Origin: Octopus vulgaris
Taxonomy: Eukaryota
Length of the DNA stretch: 64,000 bases
Assembly: GCA_951406725.2 (NCBI GenBank)
Contig: OX597820.1
Span: 52,576,001 to 52,640,000 of the forward strand
Direction: 5' to 3'
Positions 26,346-41,454 of this stretch are shown piece after piece (within the stretch, counting starts at the first letter, position 1; each line of letters begins with the position of its first letter). The notes beneath the pieces were generated by a model. The model was not told where the DNA came from and did not search any database. It was given only the letters and a program-made list of their open reading frames with translations. Both the position numbers and the translations under genes were made by a program.

Positions 26346-27743
26346 TATTTATGTTAATTATTTATATCTATGTATATAAAACCATCTATCAATTTTTTTT
26401 ATGTTGATTATTATATTATTTCACTGTTTATCTTCATACGCATCGTTTGTCAAAAATGTTAGTATTCTATAACATTTTGCTTTGTTTCTCTTTTTGTTTT
26501 TTTTTCCTTGGGTGGGCTGCAGTGTGATGGGGTAGATCAACTAATATTCATTTTTAATGATACGGTATTTATGGGTTGGCATTCTACTTCGAAACTTTAG
26601 TTAGCATTGCCTATATTTTACCGATGTTTTCTACAAACATCTCCTACATCATCGTTTTCTCTATTGTTTATTTGTTTGGTTGTTTATTATACGAACAAAC
26701 AATTCAGAAATTATAGTATTTTACTGTAAGCCACTTTACCCCGGCATTGTTAATTTACTCATTTAGTTCTAGGCTAAATCGATTTAAATCCGTGTGGAAT
26801 ACACCAATTCTATCTAAATTGGTTTACGCTTTCCTAGCCTTTTATGTTTCATATAAAATCATCGTCCAATTTGTTGTACTACTTTATTCGCTTTTTTTTA
26901 ACTATATATATATATTTTTTTTTATTTCATATCATAAAAAGGTGTACAATAACGTCGTTCGTTACAGGTTATAAGAGAGCAAATCATTATTTCACGAAGT
27001 TGGCTACAAAGAGAATATTCTACAGTAAAAGTTTCGTGGCAGAACAAATATGTCCAAGGAATTCTTACATATACCATATTTTCTTTCTTCCGTATTCGTA
27101 ACGGCTTCATTCGCCATTGCATACCAGCAAAGGACAAGCACACTTTTGTGTGTGAGTGTGTTTGTGTATGTGTGTGTGAGTGTGTATGTGTGTGTATGTG
27201 TATGTTTGTGCGTGTGTTGTGTGTGTGTTATGTATTATGACAGTGTACTTAGCGATACAGCTAAAAACTCGATACATATAAATGTTACTTACACGAGCAT
27301 GCCCCGCAAGTTACTACAGCAGCTGGCGAACGAAATATCAGAATCCTTTATACATACATACATACATACATACATACATACATACATACATACATACATA
27401 CATACATACATACATACATACATACATGTTCTGCCCTTACCTTCAAAACACGCATTGAGTCGAAACAGGGCCGCTGATAAGGGGGATATTCCTTGTATTA
27501 TTTGTCTTGTATTCTGTTTTTTCGTTGTTAAAAAAGTCCGTTTCCTTGTTTGATTTTATGTTTTCGTTTCTCGTTATGTTCTACGTTTATTTGTGGTGTC
27601 CTGTACTCATATATGCATGTATATATACATATAGATGTACGTATGTACATATATGTATGTATGTATGCATATGTTTTATTTATTAAATTGTTATTATATG
27701 ATTGAACGTCACGCGTTGTTTTCTTCTTCTCCAAGTAAGTTTT

Positions 27744-27777
<34 letters not shown>

Positions 27778-27963
27778 CATACATACATACATACATCGCA
27801 TTTCTCTCTACATCGTGTATACGGTCTAGGGAGAAATGTGAATCGAGTGCACAACCACTCGTGTCCATCGGCTGTATTCAAAGAACATGAAACTAAGATA
27901 CACTTGTAGCTTGAAACTGGCATTGGTCCGGAAGTCAACAGAATTTGTCATAACATTTGTGTA

Positions 27964-28185
27964 CAGTAATCACTCAGCTATCACAGGTGTTATGTTCCAC
28001 AACGCACCGCGGTTGGTGAAAATCCGCGAAGTAGAAACAGTACTGTACCGCATATTTTATTATTATCATTTTCATAATTTGTATATATTTATCTTGTCAT
28101 AAATGCAAAACAACACCACTGAAGATTCGACGTAAGCTTAGCTAATAAAACCGCGATAGGTGAACCGCGATACGGTATCGCAAAT
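27964..28185. mobile_element. Tigger/pogo-type non-autonomous element remnant
   Basis: TA-cagtaatcactc start. The subterminal motif ccgcg(g/a)t(t/a)ggtgaa occurs near both ends (~28008 and ~28151). The right TIR is not recognisable. Confidence 0.45.
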
Positions 28186-29603
28186 TATATATCTTGAGCG
28201 CAAAATAATGCTTGAGGAATGCATAGACATTTAATCATAATAACCTGTGTCGATTATAAGGGAATGAAGGGAACGAAGATCAACCAGGCTGACGGTGTAA
28301 TATAGTTACGTGTAGCTAATACACGGTAGTTTAGTGTATTTTTTTAAAATCTGAAATCGTTTACATAGAATAACATCAATTTTATATAGCTCATAAATAT
28401 TTTCGCTAATGCGTGTGTTATATCTTATAAAATGCTATCGCTATTTGTTGTGATGTCTTGGGTGTTAATATGTTGTATCGAATTTTAAATGTGTATGGTT
28501 CATTATTAATGATGTCAAGGAACAAAATGTTGTCCTATTGAGGGAAAGTGGAATTTTCTTACATTTCTAGGGAGTATTTTTTATACAAAAACAAATGGTT
28601 AAAGTTACTTGATTCTTAGTCAAGTTCAATATTGTGAGTAGACTTTTAGGAAATTAGATTTATGATACTTAAAGGTGATATATGACTCCCATTGTGATTC
28701 GTTGAAATCAACTATACTTAAGTTAATTGCTGTCTGCCTTGCTTCTAAGTTAATGACAACTAATATCATTATGGCTTATGTGTGTGTATGCGCGCGTGTG
28801 TGTGTGTGTGTGTCAATGGCACTATTAAATAAAAGTGTGAGCATATACACCGTAAAAAGTTTAACTGTGGGCTGATGAAACGAAATTGATAGATTTTTTT
28901 TCAATATTTATTCATTTGTTTGTCTTTTACGTATTAAATATTGTTTGAATATGTGTGTGTTAATTAAATGGTTTAAAAAGTTTCAATGAGTTTTTTTTTA
29001 CTGCTTCTAATAATTTATCATGGCTGGGGGAGGACCCTTAATCTATCAAACGGACCCCGGTCGTGCTGTAGCTTTAATTTTCATTATTCTCTGCATGCAT
29101 TTGCAATGTAAGAATATCTAGTGTCTATATAAATATACTTTCTATACTATCGTGCTAGAATTCACCAACGTGTGTTTAATAATATACGCACTAACACACA
29201 GACGCACAAACACACACAAATACTTTCACCCACTGAATCAAACACACACGCACACACACAATAACTAAAAATAAGAGTCAAAGCAACTCAATAACTACAG
29301 AAGCAACATCTTAATGACTGACAAAAGAAACAAACTCCCTAGCGGACATAACGAGACCACCGATGATATCAAATTCTGATACTATAGTATCTTGATTCTC
29401 ATCAGTGGCTCTTACCGTGCCAAGGATTAAACTTAACACACCTTCTAGGCTCATAAGCAATCTGTTGAACTCATACGCTGATTCAAAAAATGGTAAAAGT
29501 GAAAACAACAATTGCTCAGTAATCTCTGTCACTTTAGTGACGTGTATGAATTTGCCTTTAGGCTGTTAAATTGCTAATACGTAAGCTACCCATATTAATT
29601 GTG

Positions 29604-29690
<87 letters not shown>

Positions 29691-29693
<3 letters not shown>

Positions 29694-30773
29694 TAAACAG
29701 TAAAAATAATTACAGACATGGACAAGAACATGAAACGCCACAGAGACGACACAAGAACCACAGGACGGGACATTCGAAGCCCTCAGTCATCAGTCAAGAA
29801 CCAGATCATCTTAGCAATTTCGGCTGATTAATCTTGAGATTGCTCCGATATGGCCAGCCCGCCACGGGAAATCTAAGCCAAGTGCATTAGATCCCCTGGA
29901 AGAAAGCTTCGAATGTATACAACACGAGGACGGAAAACGAACGAAGTACACGAACAAAAATACAGAATACGTGACAACAATAAGAATACAAAAACGTGAA
30001 ACAATAACGGTAAAAATAAAGTATAAAGAATAAACAACAAAACAAAACCAGGACGTAGGACAAGGGTCTTTCGACAGGACGAATTGAGCATAGGGCTAGC
30101 TTATGAAGTTGTGCCTAATGGCCACAGGGAGACGAACAAGTACGTGTTGCTTCAACGGCTGCTGGAACGAAAAGAGCGTTCAACAGCGGCTAGCGGTCAC
30201 GTGAGAACAAAAGACAAGAGAAAGGGACAGATGAAAAGAGAGAGAAGGTGGACGAGGGAGGAGAAGAAAGAGACAGATCGAGGGGGCTGGAGGTGAGAGA
30301 GATAGAGAAACGTAGAAGGGGGGGGAAACGGATGGAGAGGGAAAGAAAGGAGGGGGAATAAGGGAGGAGAGAGAGAGAGAAAGAAAGATTAAGAGTCGTA
30401 TCAATGCTTGAGAAAAAATATACTTATCGTATAAGGACAATTGTGGATACGTAGCCGCCGATTATATAGGTAAACAGTAAAAATAATTACAGACATGGAC
30501 AAGAACATGAAACGCCACAGAGACGACACAAGAACCACAGGACGGGACATTCGAAGCCCTCAGTCATCAGTCAAGAACCAGATCATCTTAGCAATTTCGG
30601 CTGATTAATCTTGAGATTGCTCCGATATGGCCAGCCCGCCACGGGAAATCTAAGCCAAGTGCATTAGATCCCCTGGAAGAAAGCTTCGAATGTATACAAC
30701 ACGAGGACGGAAAACGAACGAAGTACACGAACAAAAATACAGAATACGTGACAACAATAAGAATACAAAAACG

Positions 30774-30774
<1 letters not shown>
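29691..30774 (-). mobile_element. 1084-bp non-coding element with identical 307-bp direct terminal repeats inserted in (TA)n
   Basis: 29691-29997 equals 30468-30774 base for base. The 470-bp interior is purine-rich on the + strand. TA runs lie on both flanks. There is no meaningful ORF. Confidence 0.92.
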
Positions 30775-30804
<30 letters not shown>

Positions 30805-30847
30805 ATCTATCTATCTATCTACCTACCTATCTATCTATCTATCTATT

Positions 30848-30894
<47 letters not shown>

Positions 30895-30900
<6 letters not shown>

Positions 30901-31050
30901 GTGTCGTAATAAGTTTGTTTGACCTACAAGGTTTCGAGTTCCACAGCATGACAAATTTCGTAGATGTTATTTACAATACCTCCGGGTCAACCGAAAGTAT
31001 GTGAATAGATTTCGTTGCCGGAAACCGAAGGAAGACTGCCGTGCGCGCGC
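30895..31050 (+). mobile_element. Degenerate SINE family B (CORE-type) 5' part
   Basis: ggtcaaccgaaagtatgtgaatagatttcgttgccggaaaccgaaggaagactgccgt aligns loosely to the family B body. Confidence 0.5.
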
Positions 31051-31108
31051 ACGTAGTTGTCTGTTTGTCTTCATCCGCAGCGTCATAAAAGGTATATATA
31101 TATACATA

Positions 31109-31146
<38 letters not shown>

Positions 31147-31324
31147 TATGTATATATACTATACATACACACACAAACATATGTGTGTGTGTGTGTGTGT
31201 ATTTGTTAATAGTAAGGCATTAGTTCAAACATCTACCGGTTTGCACTCAGGTAGTCAAAAAGGCTATTATACAGTTAATAGATAAATCAACAAATATTTT
31301 CTTATAGTTAAGAATTTAGAGATA

Positions 31325-31516
31325 TATTCAGTTATTGGTTCAGTCATTTGATCGCAGCCAAGCTGGGGCACCGCCTTGAAGGGTTTTAGTCGAAGAAATT
31401 GAACCCTAGGAATTTTTAAAGCCTGGTATTTATTCTATCTTTCTCTTAAGTTGCCGCTAAGTTACGAGGACGTAAATACATCAACACCGACTGTCAAGCA
31501 CGGGCACAAAAACGCA

Positions 31517-31579
<63 letters not shown>

Positions 31580-31800
31580 AATCCAAACGGGAAAACAAAA
31601 AAACAACAACAATGGAACAATTACAGTATTATTATTAATAGGCGCTCAGGAAATGGAAGCAGGAAATATATATATATACGATGGGCTTCTTCCAGTTTCC
31701 GTCTGCCAGATACATTCAACAAGATTTTGGTTGGCCAGTAGCTTAAGTAGAAGTCATTTGTGCAAGGAATCGTGCAGTGGCATCAGGTTGAATAAGTAAG
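31325..31800 (-). mobile_element. SINE family B, split and degenerate (tail 31325-31500, head 31678-31800)
   Basis: Contains cagtcatttgatcgcagccaagctggggcaccgccttgaag and ttcttccagtttccgtctgccagat. Confidence 0.65.
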
Positions 31801-32779
31801 GCAGACATCTACACTTTTATAACTTGCCGTGCAAGATAAAATCACAATGCATTGAATTTGTTTTTCTTGCGAGAGAACATTTAATAATTGTCTGTGTGCA
31901 ATCAGGAACAATTGAATGAGATAAACAAATTAACTTTACGAATCAGGAACTGATCAACAGCAGTTGTCCTACCTCTAGCCTAATCTAGTTTTTTTTTTAT
32001 TCGCATTTTTTTCTCCTTCTAGACCTAACCTGTTCCAGAGGGTTTGGATCAATGATATTCAAGCTGCCTATTTTATCCTGTATTTTATATTCAGACTGGA
32101 CTATATCACCTAACGTGTCCTGCACTTCATTTCAAAGATAATTTACACGTGAGAGAGTTTTGTTTTTGATGTTGGTTATGGTATAACTAAGTGAATACTT
32201 AGTGACCCCTACCTACCTATCATGCCTGTGAAGTGGTAAAGAGATGACGGAGGTGTGATCATTGTGTCCAACACAGAAATATCATTTTAATAGCCATATC
32301 ACTGAGAGTTTCGTGGTGAGAATAAAGCTGTTGCTGATAATAATAACAAATTTGGCATGAATGTTCATTGTAGCACAATCCTTATTATTGTTGTTTTTGT
32401 TATTGTTTTCTTTTTTTTTTTTGTTTGTTTATTTCATCTTGTTGGCGTTATCGCTGCTATATTGCTACCATCCTCATTTGAAAGAATTTGTTTCGTTTCT
32501 TCTGTTATCACTATTATTTATTTTCAACTGCACTCAGTAGCCTTGGATTTCACAACCGCACCGTATTCTGAACAATGCCACCTCCAACAGCTCAGTATAC
32601 CAACCACGCCACCACCTTTTTTTTTTTTCTTTGAATGCCATCACACTGCTTCCTACCTATCACCGCATTTAATGAATATCAGGATTACATCTCATTTCCG
32701 CAATCCCCATCGCACCTTCACCATCGCTATCTTCGCTTGCACCCTCAATAAAAACCTTCGCAAACATGACAAAGGATGT

Positions 32780-34400
<1,621 letters not shown>

Positions 34401-34984
34401 CAACTAACTCTTCCACCAATATCACATAAAACAATCTAACAAATGTCCTTTCTCTACGGTTTAGTGTCTATATCAAGATTACAACAGCAAAGCACCCACC
34501 ACCCACCATCAAATATCACGGCTCACTTCACACAGACTATCCTATCGGCCTTATTGAATCATACAAACAAAAGAAACGAAAAACTCCTAAATTCAATCAG
34601 TCATTGCAATTATTTTTCTTTTTAATTTTATATGTAACATTTCTTTTTTTTTTTTTTCTTCTGTCACTGTATTGTCGTTCCACTGCATCGCTGTACCTTA
34701 TCCTTCCCTTTCTTTCAAGACTGAAAACTGACACGATTTTTCAAACGTGTCCCTGATGATAGGAAAAAATACTGGTGCCCAAGACATATACAGCACTAAA
34801 CAACTTACATATCCCAACCACATCTCCTTCTCTCTTTCTTTCTCCTTCCCTCCCTTCTCCACCCCCCTCTCTCTCTTCCTCTTTCTCTCTGTTTTGTCAT
34901 TTACATCCCTTTAAGTCTATGTTTGTGCGTATGATTAAACTATAAATATATTCCCCGCATGTCCGCAATAAACACGAATACATG

Positions 34985-35367
34985 ACTGACTGTATGGTAA
35001 GAAGTTTATTCCTCAACCACATGGTTCCGAGTTCTGGCTCACTGCGTAGCACTTTCGGTAAATGTCTTCCACTACAACCACGGGCCGATCAAATTCTTGT
35101 GACTGGATTTGGTAGACGGAAACTGAAAGAGGGCCGTCGTATATACACGTGTATGTATTTCTATGTCTTTTTGTCCAATTCCACCGCTTAACGACTGGTG
35201 TTGGTATGTTTACGTCCACGTACTTAGTGATTCAACGTAAGAGCCAGAAATAATAAGTACTAAGCTTAAAGACAGTATTGTAGTCGATTCGTTCGACCAA
35301 AATAGATCTCTTCAAGGCGGTGCACCAGCATGGTTACAGTCAATTATTTGTAACAAGTAAAAAGAAA
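34985..35367 (+). mobile_element. SINE family B (CORE-like central domain)
   Basis: Contains aaccacatggttccgagttc, cgggccgatcaaattcttgtgactggatttggtagacggaaactgaaagag and the tail cagcatggttacagtcaa. Confidence 0.85.
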
Positions 35368-36111
35368 TGGTAATATATATTTAGAGTGAGGGATTTAGAG
35401 AGAGATAAAGAAGAAAATTATTAAAAACGCAGGTGAATACATTTTAAGCACTCTATACGTATCAAACTTGGCTAACTAAATAGTCCACTAAAAGTCATTG
35501 TAATTCCACGTAGGCTGGAAAATTATTTTCCGCTGCTTGTCTAGTTTGTAAGTCCGAAATTCAAACATCGGATAAATTTACTATTAGCTCAAAGAGTATA
35601 GTAAAAACACACAAAAGAATTGAGGATTATTAATTCTTTAACCAGCTTAGACACATTTCGGATAGCTTGGTGAATTTCGAAATTCTGCGATGCAGTAATC
35701 ATACGTATTAAGATTCTACAAAGATAAGAACTTTGACACCTATCCTTCAATATCAAAGCTATACCGCAAAGCTTGGAACACAGGGCATTTAAAGGGAGAT
35801 AAATATTAGTAAAACTAACATGATCTGATAAATTACGCTCCTAAGTAGGTTTACTGATATGCCTCCTTAACCCTATTATGGGTCAAATATTATTAGATTT
35901 ACTATGTAACTCCCTTCAAATACTTTCAATTCCAAGCTTTGATAAGGATAACCTGATGTAGAATCTTAGTCTATCAAATATGAGATCGATAGATATGCAT
36001 GATTACTACGGAGAACAATTTTAGAATCTACCAATCTGTCGAAACGTTTGTAAGTTGATTCGATTATGTATAATTCTCTATTCTTTTGTGCGTATGTTTG
36101 TGTGTGTGTAC

Positions 36112-36227
36112 TCTTTTACTCTTTGAATATTTTACTTGCTACAGTTATGTGACTGTGGCCATGCTGGAGCATCGCTTGTCAAGCGATGTTGGGAGGACAA
36201 ACACAGACGCACAAACATATACACACG

Positions 36228-36295
<68 letters not shown>

Positions 36296-36461
36296 TTTAT
36301 TCGACAGGCTTCTTTCAGTTTCCGTCTAGCAAATTCACTCGCAAGGCTTGGTCGGCCCGAGGCTAGAGTAGAAAACACTTGCCCAAGGTGCTACGCAGTG
36401 GGACTGAACCCAGAATGATGTGGTTGGTAAGTAAGCTTCTTACTACACAGCCACTCCAGCA

Positions 36462-36466
<5 letters not shown>
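36112..36466 (-). mobile_element. SINE family B (CORE-like) with an internal CA/TA microsatellite
   Basis: acacttgcccaaggtgctacgcagtgggactgaaccc is the complement of the B-box plus the CORE-like ccttgggcaagtgt. Confidence 0.9.
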
Positions 36467-36503
<37 letters not shown>

Positions 36504-36954
36504 TTAAATAAAGTTATAACATGGTCTGGTTTTCACGCTTTTTTTTTTATTAAATTGTATTTTAGAAAAACAATTTTACAATGTTGAAGTGTGTTACTAT
36601 GTGAATCGGAAAGTGCGCAATTTTCCTATTTATATAGAATTTTGTTTTTTAGATATGTGTACAGCAACATAAGTGGTGTGAAGCTTTTCAAATATCGTGC
36701 GCTTAGTATGCATATTTGCTACTTCAGGGTTGTGGTTTATGTTTGGGATCTATTTTAATGAAGTTTGCAACATAGTGATTCATACCGTAACTAAAATGCA
36801 TGTGGTTCATGCAGCAAACTGTACGTGATGCGTATGCGTCAGTGTTTAATAAGCGTTGAAGCTGTTATATTTGTGATGAATGAATTTCATTTTGCAATGT
36901 CCAAGAGCGAAGTTTGCCAACGTCTTCCTCTACCAGTATTTAATTATTTGTCTC

Positions 36955-36998
<44 letters not shown>

Positions 36999-37008
36999 CT
37001 GATATATA

Positions 37009-37218
37009 TAACAAGAAGCTTTATGAAAATAGACAAAAGACGAAGACAGGTTTACGGAAATAAACAAAAGACGAAGGCAGGTGGAATACAAACAAACAAT
37101 TGTATTAGTATGGCGCTCAGGAAATATAAATAAAACAAGTCTTTAACGTTTCGAGCCTACGCTCTTCAACAGAAAGATACACAGAGAAAAAACACAGAAA
37201 GAAGGAGAGAAAAAAAAA
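37009..37218 (-). mobile_element. Second copy of the hammerhead-bearing pLTR-type fragment
   Basis: Reverse complement of 18361-18540 with a short internal duplication of aaaagacgaag(a/g)caggt. It is adjacent to a TA run. Confidence 0.6.
37140..37177 (-). ncRNA. Minimal hammerhead-like motif, identical to 18404-18441
   Basis: tctttaacgtttcgagcctacgctcttcaacagaaaga is the exact reverse complement of the first copy. Confidence 0.55.
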
Positions 37219-37228
37219 TATATATCAG

Positions 37229-37261
<33 letters not shown>

Positions 37262-38248
37262 GTAAGTACGTATGGATGTATGCGAGTATTGCATTTACAT
37301 GTATGTATGAATGTATCCATATATGTGTTTGTATGCATGCTCAAATTTTGAGTTCTCTGCCTTGCACCAAAGAAATTTTGTACGAAATTTTTTAACCTTC
37401 ATTTATATATCTATATAGTTGCTTCTCCTCTTTGTACTTCTAACTTTAAATGTGTGTGCACGCGTGCCTATATCTGTATGTAGATAAAAGTATTTTATTT
37501 TCAACAGATATGGTGTTCGATTTCCGCTAGCGATGTTAAAACGTATTTCGTTTTCCTGCTGCATTAGATTCATTTACATTTATTTTATATGTACACATCC
37601 GCTCACATATAGGCATACATATAAAACCGGTGTGCAGATAATGGTGATGAACGTTCATTAGTAAACCTAAAAACATTAGCACCTCGACAATAATTCTCAG
37701 CAACAAGGTAAATATCGATTTCTGACATTGGTACGATGTAGCACGTTTTTAAGGGCATGGTTATCATGCATTAACTAGAACTAAAGTATATTATTCGTAA
37801 TTAACTTATCACACCACAAAGTTGAAAGTCAAAGACACCCGCGAGGATTTTGAAAATAAAAAAATTTAATACTATATAAGTATTTGTAAGGTGTTGTAAT
37901 GACGCTTCCATCCCTACCCCACAATATTTGAATTATGAAGAGTCAAACTAGTGCATCGCAATTGATCTTTGTTGTAAATGCGTGATGAGCCGGCGGTGAT
38001 ATATTCTATGCAACTAATGATCAATGGGATTTACTTATTTTACTGTATTACTAAATGTTGCAAATATCTTGACAGTAACTGTTATATTTGATATGTTCAG
38101 CACCTACCCCGGGCTTACTATGCATTTCCAACACGAAACAATTAGCAATGCACTTTAAAACACGGGATAAAATAAAAATGTGATCGTAAAACATTATTAT
38201 ACAATATATTTGTCTTATACAGAATACCCGATAAAGTTTTAGAGGTTA

Positions 38249-38583
38249 AGAAGAGCACTCAGAGAGCGCAAACCTCCACCAAGGCAGCACCAACGTCCTC
38301 CCAACGATTAGTCAGAGAGGATTATTAAAATGAGAATATCTGAAATAAACTCGACTGCTCTCACAGACGAGAATACTAAAAATGAACCCAACTCCTCTCA
38401 AAATTAAGTAAAAAAAAAAAACACAGGAAAAATAATTCCGAATCCTTGTTCGGCGCCCGATCGATCCCAAAATCTAATCGGTTTCATTCGAATCCATCCA
38501 GTGGTTCTTGAGATATCTTGTCCACGGACAAACAAACACGACAGAAAACAATACCTCCGCCTTCGCTAAAGCGGAGGTAATAA
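38249..38583. mobile_element. Helentron/DINE-1-like non-autonomous element
   Basis: Subterminal acctccaccaaggc near the left end and a terminal hairpin acctccgc-N10-gcggaggt (38553-38578) followed by aataat. This architecture matches HINE/DINE-1 elements. Confidence 0.5.
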
Positions 38584-39159
38584 TGGCAGCGGTACTAATA
38601 GCGCAGTACAGTACGAAAGTTAACACACAGAGAAAGTACATTAGTTATTATAACACTCACTCTGGCATACAATGAATACAGTCAAATAATCTCAACACTG
38701 TAACCTTAAGCACATTACCACAGCCTCCAAGAAAATAACAATAATTAACCACGCCACCAACCATGCTGTGTTGAAGAAATGTAAATGAAACCAGTGAAAA
38801 CCGCGAGTAATTGTTCTCAGTATTATAGATTGGAGATAAAATTTTAAAAAATTGTTGGTGTTGCCAAGCAACATCATCAACAACGAAAACATCTAGGAGC
38901 AGTTGCATAGATGAACACATTTGGCACAGGACCTGTGGCATTCCTTGTTCGCTCGTATATGGTGTTTCCTTCTTATCGGGGTATTTTGTTCCTATGATTT
39001 TCTTGTTAATTATTAATGTTTTTAATGCTTGCATATGTTACGTCAAACTGCATTGTCCCTTGTATTGACATGTATATTTTACGGCCCTTTTCCCAATAAA
39101 TTATTATTAATCTAGTACATGTTAATTTAATCAATTTAATTAGCAAATGTTTTATCTTG

Positions 39160-39850
39160 AGGTTTGGTGACAAGTCTCTTCAAATCTCAAGAGCCTTCCT
39201 TTGCAGAAAATAAAGTAGTACTTTTCTGCAGGCCGAAAATGCGGGTTTCAAATCCAATCTCTTTCGGTCTTCTGGACAGCATTTTGAATGTTGTGCCAAG
39301 TGCGCCAATTCCTGCAGGAATAAGTGTTTCCGTGATCTCCCACAGTTTTCATCAGCTCTGTGATTAGATCCTGGTAGTTCTCAATTTTTTCAATTCCTTT
39401 TTTTAGTATCGACTTTGCCATCATATGTAATTACAAAATCTATCGTTCTATACTGTTTGTTTATATAATATCCTCTATGATTATGAATGTTCTTGTGTCA
39501 TTCGCATGGTTTGTCTTCATGGGGGAAATCCCACAAGATCTTGTAACTATCATTTTCTATCATATCATTTTTCTCTACTTTTGAAGCCATACACTCGATT
39601 TACAACTCATTACACTCTTTTGCCAACTCAGACAAATTTGCGCCTATAATCCTTTTGTGTTTGTATACTGCACCCTCTTGAAAAGTGATTGCAGATTCAA
39701 CATCTACTGTCTGAGTTTTTCTCGAGCCTTACCTTTATCAGATTTGTTTTTGTTACTGAGCGGCTATAATTAGTGTTTTTGTCTCATTTCAAGTTCCCGT
39801 CGGTAAACCAGAGCAAGCGCTCTTCACTTCAGACATTTTCAGTTTGTTGC
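39160..39850 (-). mobile_element. Dong/R4-type non-LTR retrotransposon, 3' part (zinc knuckle/RLE endonuclease), decayed
   Basis: Minus-strand frames give GNLK.ETKTLIIAAQ, YKILWDFP, EKIENYQDL and LWEITETLIPAGIGALGTTFK, with stops and frameshifts. Confidence 0.85.
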
Positions 39851-39924
39851 ATGAATTAAATATACAATAAAACAAAATTATTAAGTATGTCGATTCATAC
39901 CAGTACAAATACGAAGAAAATTGA

Positions 39925-41450
39925 CTGATAGTTCATCAGAAAGTGGGACATAATCATTACAAGCAGAGTTAGAATGGGCATCACAAATAGGCTCACTACA
40001 TACTGTGCATGATTTCTTTGTTTTCATGTCAAGCTTTCTTGGCCATTTTTTACAACGTCTTTTTCAGTTTCCTTGGGGTTGATGCAGGGATGGTCCTACT
40101 GTTTCGCCACTCTCAAAGGCTTCCATGCACACAACAATATGCTTTGTTAGTTTTGTGCGTTCTGTCAAGAAACTCCATTGGATTTGCGGTTTGTAATGTT
40201 GTTTAGACAAGTCTAAAAGGATATGCCAACGCTTTTGATATCCTCTATATGCACCAGCTTCTTTTTCCATGAAACGAACAGCATAATTATAAAGTATCCA
40301 GCAAAAACTAACTAAATGCCATCTATTTGTTATGCGTTTACATCTGGTTTGAAATGTTCACTTTCTTGTATTTTGTTGTCATAATGCATAGTGCTCAGTA
40401 AGATAGCCTAATTTACTTTTGGAACATAACTGCACACCATAAGACGATGTTCTTTGCTGAATACGAACGTTGTTGAAAACAGCTGATGAAACCGAGAAGC
40501 TTGGAATGATGGAGGTATTTTACGTATTTTACGTTTATTCTTTCTGACGGTTCCTAATACCGTTACATTTTTTGTAAGTAGTTCTACAGCAACACCGATA
40601 TCAGTAAAAAAAATTGTCATTTGTAATATTTCTAACTGATTTTAGAATAGTCTTCCTGAGATCTTGAACAACTCTTTTAATCTGCTGTCGTTCTGGATCT
40701 TCAGGGCCTTTCCCTATGTGTATCTGCGCATTTAGAAGGTAAGTGTTACAAGCATCAACCACAGAACAAAATTTTATCCCATATTTACTCAGTTTTTATG
40801 TCATGTACACTTTGAATGAACATTTTCCTCTGAAGGACAACAGAGATTCATCAATAATTATACAAGGGCCAGCTTTGTAATTTATTTGACATGACTCAAT
40901 AAACCTGAGCAAAACTTCATCTTTAGGTGCTAATTTTCTGTGTTCCCCATTTTTTTGAGCTTCACGTGTAGACATGTCATCAAATCATATGCATCTTTAC
41001 AGTTCTTTGAACCTATTACGATTATTAGAAGTACGATAAATTGATGGGCCTGTCTTTGTGACCTAAAGTCATCATTGTCCAACCCAGCTTTGAAATGAAG
41101 ACCTATCCATGTCATTATTTCAATATAATCTATTCCTTTCCTATTTTCAGAGTAGAGAACTTTCTCTTTTCGATTCGTTGCTTCAATTATAATTTCCATT
41201 ACTTCATCCGAGAGAAGAAAAAACTAAATGTAGCAGAAAGAGCATGGGAAGGTACGGCTACAATACGCCTGCACTTTCACGAAGCACATTGTGGCGAAAA
41301 TTTCGTCAACGTTTGGGAAGTTCAGTGAGCCATACAGTACATTTATGCTTACCAACCATAGTATTGCAATCTTCATGATCAATTTCACTGTTATAAGTTC
41401 TATAACCATCACTAAAATCATCATTAGATTCTTCAACATCATTTACGTCA
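39925..41450 (-). pseudogene. piggyBac-type DDD transposase, decayed
   Basis: Acidic N-terminus, then IIEATN, IIDESLLSFRGKCSFKVYMT*KLSKYGIK, RNITNDNFF(fs)TD..LGTVRKNK..CSYVPK, LSTMH and the C-terminal Cys-rich SCTVCSEPICDAHS. Many stops. No TIR or paired TTAA found. Confidence 0.92.
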
Positions 41451-41454
41451 CTAT

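Noticed and set aside
27292-27312. p53-like site gagcatgccc-cgcaagtta
   Set aside because: Only one good half-site, which is expected by chance.
28870-28910. ctgatga-aac-gaaa followed by a pairable attga/tcaat stem
   Set aside because: There is no stem II and no stem I pairing, so it is a chance match.
29345-29412. Minus-strand ctgatga with the nearby palindrome gatactatagtatc as a hammerhead
   Set aside because: It needs several insertions and lacks GAAA and a proper stem I.
38830-39110. Possible terminal exon (..CIDEHIWHRTCGIPCSLVYGVSFLSGILFL*) with AATAAA at 39095
   Set aside because: The frame is only 55 codons with a weak acceptor. The aataaa-ttattatta end also resembles a retroelement 3' end.
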